Origin: an uncultured Poribacteria bacterium
Lineage (GTDB): Bacteria; Poribacteria; WGA-4E; WGA-3G
Assembly (NCBI GenBank): GCA_951813565.1
Contig: OX638351.1
Coordinates: 4,224,001-4,288,000, forward strand
Length of the DNA stretch: 64,000 bases
Reading direction: 5' to 3'
Made by a program: the position numbers and the translations under genes. Shown here piece by piece: positions 62,041 to 64,000 of this stretch; the first letter of the stretch is position 1; each line of letters begins with the position of its first letter. The notes beneath the pieces are model-generated. The model was not told where the DNA came from and made no database searches. It saw nothing but the letters and a program-made list of their open reading frames with translations.

Positions 62041-62844
62041 ATGTCAACAAAAACGCGAATTGTTTTCGTCGCAGGAAGTGCAAGTCATGGTAGTGGTTCG
62101 CATGAGCATCCGGGTGGATGTGCCTTCTTAGCAGATCAGTTGAACGATGCTGTCGACGGTATGGAGGCAGTCGTTCATCAGGGATGGCCAAAAGATCCGA
62201 CAATTTTATCTAATACAGATGCAATTATAGTTTATTCAGACGGCGGTGGTGGACATCTTAGCATTCCTCACCTTGACCAGATTTCTGCATTAACAGCACA
62301 GGGTATGGGATTGGCGATGCTCCACTATGCAATTGAAGTGCCGAAAGGTGAACCAGGAAATTGTTTTTTAGATTGGATAGGCGGGTATTTTGAAACACAT
62401 CTCTCTGTCAATCCACATTGGACAGCAAAATTTACGGCTTTTCCAGAACATCCCGTAACACGCGGCTTGATCCCGTTTTCATTGGATGATGAATGGTATT
62501 ATCACATGCGGTTTCGTGATAATATGCAAGGTGTAACCCCTTTGTTGAGTGCTATAGCGCCAGAGTCAACACTGCAGAGACCCGATGGCCCTCATAGCGG
62601 TAATCCTCATGTTCGCGCATCCGTTGCAAAAGGTGAACCGCAGCATTTGGGGTGGTGTGTAGAACGTCCGGACGGCGGACGCGGATTTGGATTTACCGGT
62701 GGACATTACCATAAGAATTGGGGTGATGACAATCTCCGTAAGTTTATCCTTAATGCTATCGCTTGGACAGCAAAGGTAGAGATTCCTGAAGATGGTATAT
62801 CTACACCGACACCGACAGAAGTAGCGTTGAATTCGTATTTGTAA
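62041..62844 (+). CDS. ThuA-like (class I GATase fold) domain protein
   Basis: SHGSGSHEH, YSDGGGGH, HPVTRG, DEWYY, RGFGFTGGH, LNAIAWTA. Confidence 0.85.
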   Translation: MSTKTRIVFVAGSASHGSGSHEHPGGCAFLADQLNDAVDGMEAVVHQGWPKDPTILSNTDAIIVYSDGGGGHLSIPHLDQISALTAQGMGLAMLHYAIEVPKGEPGNCFLDWIGGYFETHLSVNPHWTAKFTAFPEHPVTRGLIPFSLDDEWYYHMRFRDNMQGVTPLLSAIAPESTLQRPDGPHSGNPHVRASVAKGEPQHLGWCVERPDGGRGFGFTGGHYHKNWGDDNLRKFILNAIAWTAKVEIPEDGISTPTPTEVALNSYL

Positions 62845-62889
62845 TGGTGAGATTTTAGTTATTCCATAGATGATGTAAACAGAAGAACG

Positions 62890-63765
62890 GTGCTATCTCA
62901 GGAGACAAACATGGATCAGGAACAACTTGATTATCTTTTTGATCTGCAAGGATATTTAATTTTAGAGAATGCGATTTCAGAGGAAGACCTGAATAAGATA
63001 AACGAATGGATTGACGCGCATTGGGCTTACGTTGAAGAACCGTGGGAACCCAATTCCGAGGATAGAGGTATTCCTCGCTGGATCGGCAATATTGAGACAC
63101 ATACCTATAATATCGAAAATGGTGTCAATTTCCAGAATATCATTGAGGGTGGGGATGTATTTGAAAAGTTAATTGACCATCCTGCGTGGATAAATCTGGT
63201 TCGGAAATACATCCATGAGGTTAATGGCGTTTCTATCCATGAGAATTTTCTGAACGTGCGCGGTCCCGGTGGTTTTATCCACATCCACTGCGGAGGACAT
63301 GTGCCGTTGAGTTATCTGACATTCCGTCAGATCAATACTGGTGAATGGTTGGTAGGACAGATTAATGTTTTAATGGCACTCAACGACATCGGTCCGGGAG
63401 ATGGTGCACCTGTGCTAATCCCTGGCAGTCATAAATGTTCTGAGATTCACCCGCGTTTGAAACACGATGGAAAGGGGATAGTTTATGACGGTTATAGTGG
63501 CAAGCCTGCAGGAACAGCCTTCGCAACGCAGGAGGTGCATCTCAAGGCGGGGGATGTGGTAATGTTCACAGATGCAATCACGCACGGTTCAGCAGAACGG
63601 ACAAATCCTGGGTATCGTCGGTCAATTGTCTATCGCTATTCTCCAAAGTATGTTCGTGAACGTTTTGATTATCCGCATTCAAATGAGTTGTTGGCACGTC
63701 TGACTCCCGATCAACGCAAGATTATCCAACCGAATGCACCGCGAAGACCGCCACTGGTTGCGTAA
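62890..63765 (+). CDS. PhyH family protein
   Basis: FDLQGYL, GDGAPVLIPGSHK, THGS. Likely start ATG 62911. Confidence 0.85.
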   Translation: MLSQETNMDQEQLDYLFDLQGYLILENAISEEDLNKINEWIDAHWAYVEEPWEPNSEDRGIPRWIGNIETHTYNIENGVNFQNIIEGGDVFEKLIDHPAWINLVRKYIHEVNGVSIHENFLNVRGPGGFIHIHCGGHVPLSYLTFRQINTGEWLVGQINVLMALNDIGPGDGAPVLIPGSHKCSEIHPRLKHDGKGIVYDGYSGKPAGTAFATQEVHLKAGDVVMFTDAITHGSAERTNPGYRRSIVYRYSPKYVRERFDYPHSNELLARLTPDQRKIIQPNAPRRPPLVA

Positions 63766-63777
63766 TATTCTGACAAT

Positions 63778-64000
63778 ATGAAAACTCCACAAAAAACGCT
63801 TTGGGGCGGACGTTTTAGCACAAGCCTCACCACAGAAACAGTTGCTTTCACACACTCCATTGAGGCAGATACCCGCCTCATCGCATACGATATCTGGGGA
63901 AGCCAAGCACATGCGATTATGCTTGCACGGCAAGAAATCATCTCCAATACTGATTTACGAGAGATTTTGCGATGGCTCCGTAAGGCAGAAGAGGATTATC
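63778..64000 (+). CDS. argH: Argininosuccinate lyase (5' part)
   Basis: Manual translation MKTPQKTLWGGRFS...SIEADTRLIAYDIWGSQAHAIMLARQEII. Confidence 0.88.
   Translation, partial: MKTPQKTLWGGRFSTSLTTETVAFTHSIEADTRLIAYDIWGSQAHAIMLARQEIISNTDLREILRWLRKAEEDY

Noticed and set aside
1..64000. Prophage, integron, retron, tRNA or rRNA genes
   Set aside because: I found no structural phage genes, tyrosine or serine integrase, reverse transcriptase, or recognisable tRNA/rRNA sequence. A tRNAscan-SE/Infernal run would be needed to fully exclude small RNAs.

Overview
AT-rich bacterial chromosomal window with about 50 CDSs and no rRNA, tRNA or CRISPR array that I can see. The gene content resembles Candidatus Poribacteria: five PhyH-family dioxygenases, LamG proteins ending in a KL(T/A)xTWxxLK tail, and GTAG-type palindromes. 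That assignment is an inference. Recognisable core genes are alr, potB/potC, moeB-type, disA, kamA-family, glcD-like, purC and a partial argH. Accessory content includes a PL2-like lyase/PhyH/phosphoesterase cluster, two ABC-type ATPase + small nuclease-like pairs, and several decayed IS elements (ISKra4/ISLre2-like x2, IS4-like, IS630). Two signals stand out. (1) A rhodanese-MoeB gene has an in-frame TGA exactly at the conserved active-loop Cys, followed by a SECIS-like hairpin, so it is probably a selenoprotein that the ORF track splits in two. (2) There is a nested system of small gene-less mobile repeats: MITEs with 8-9 bp target duplications, CATAGG...CCTATG elements with unusually long 19-bp duplications that land in REP-like palindromes, and ~34-37 bp hairpin modules ending in CGTTGATTTGG. 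The hairpin modules show compensatory base changes, and an empty versus filled site pair is visible inside this window.
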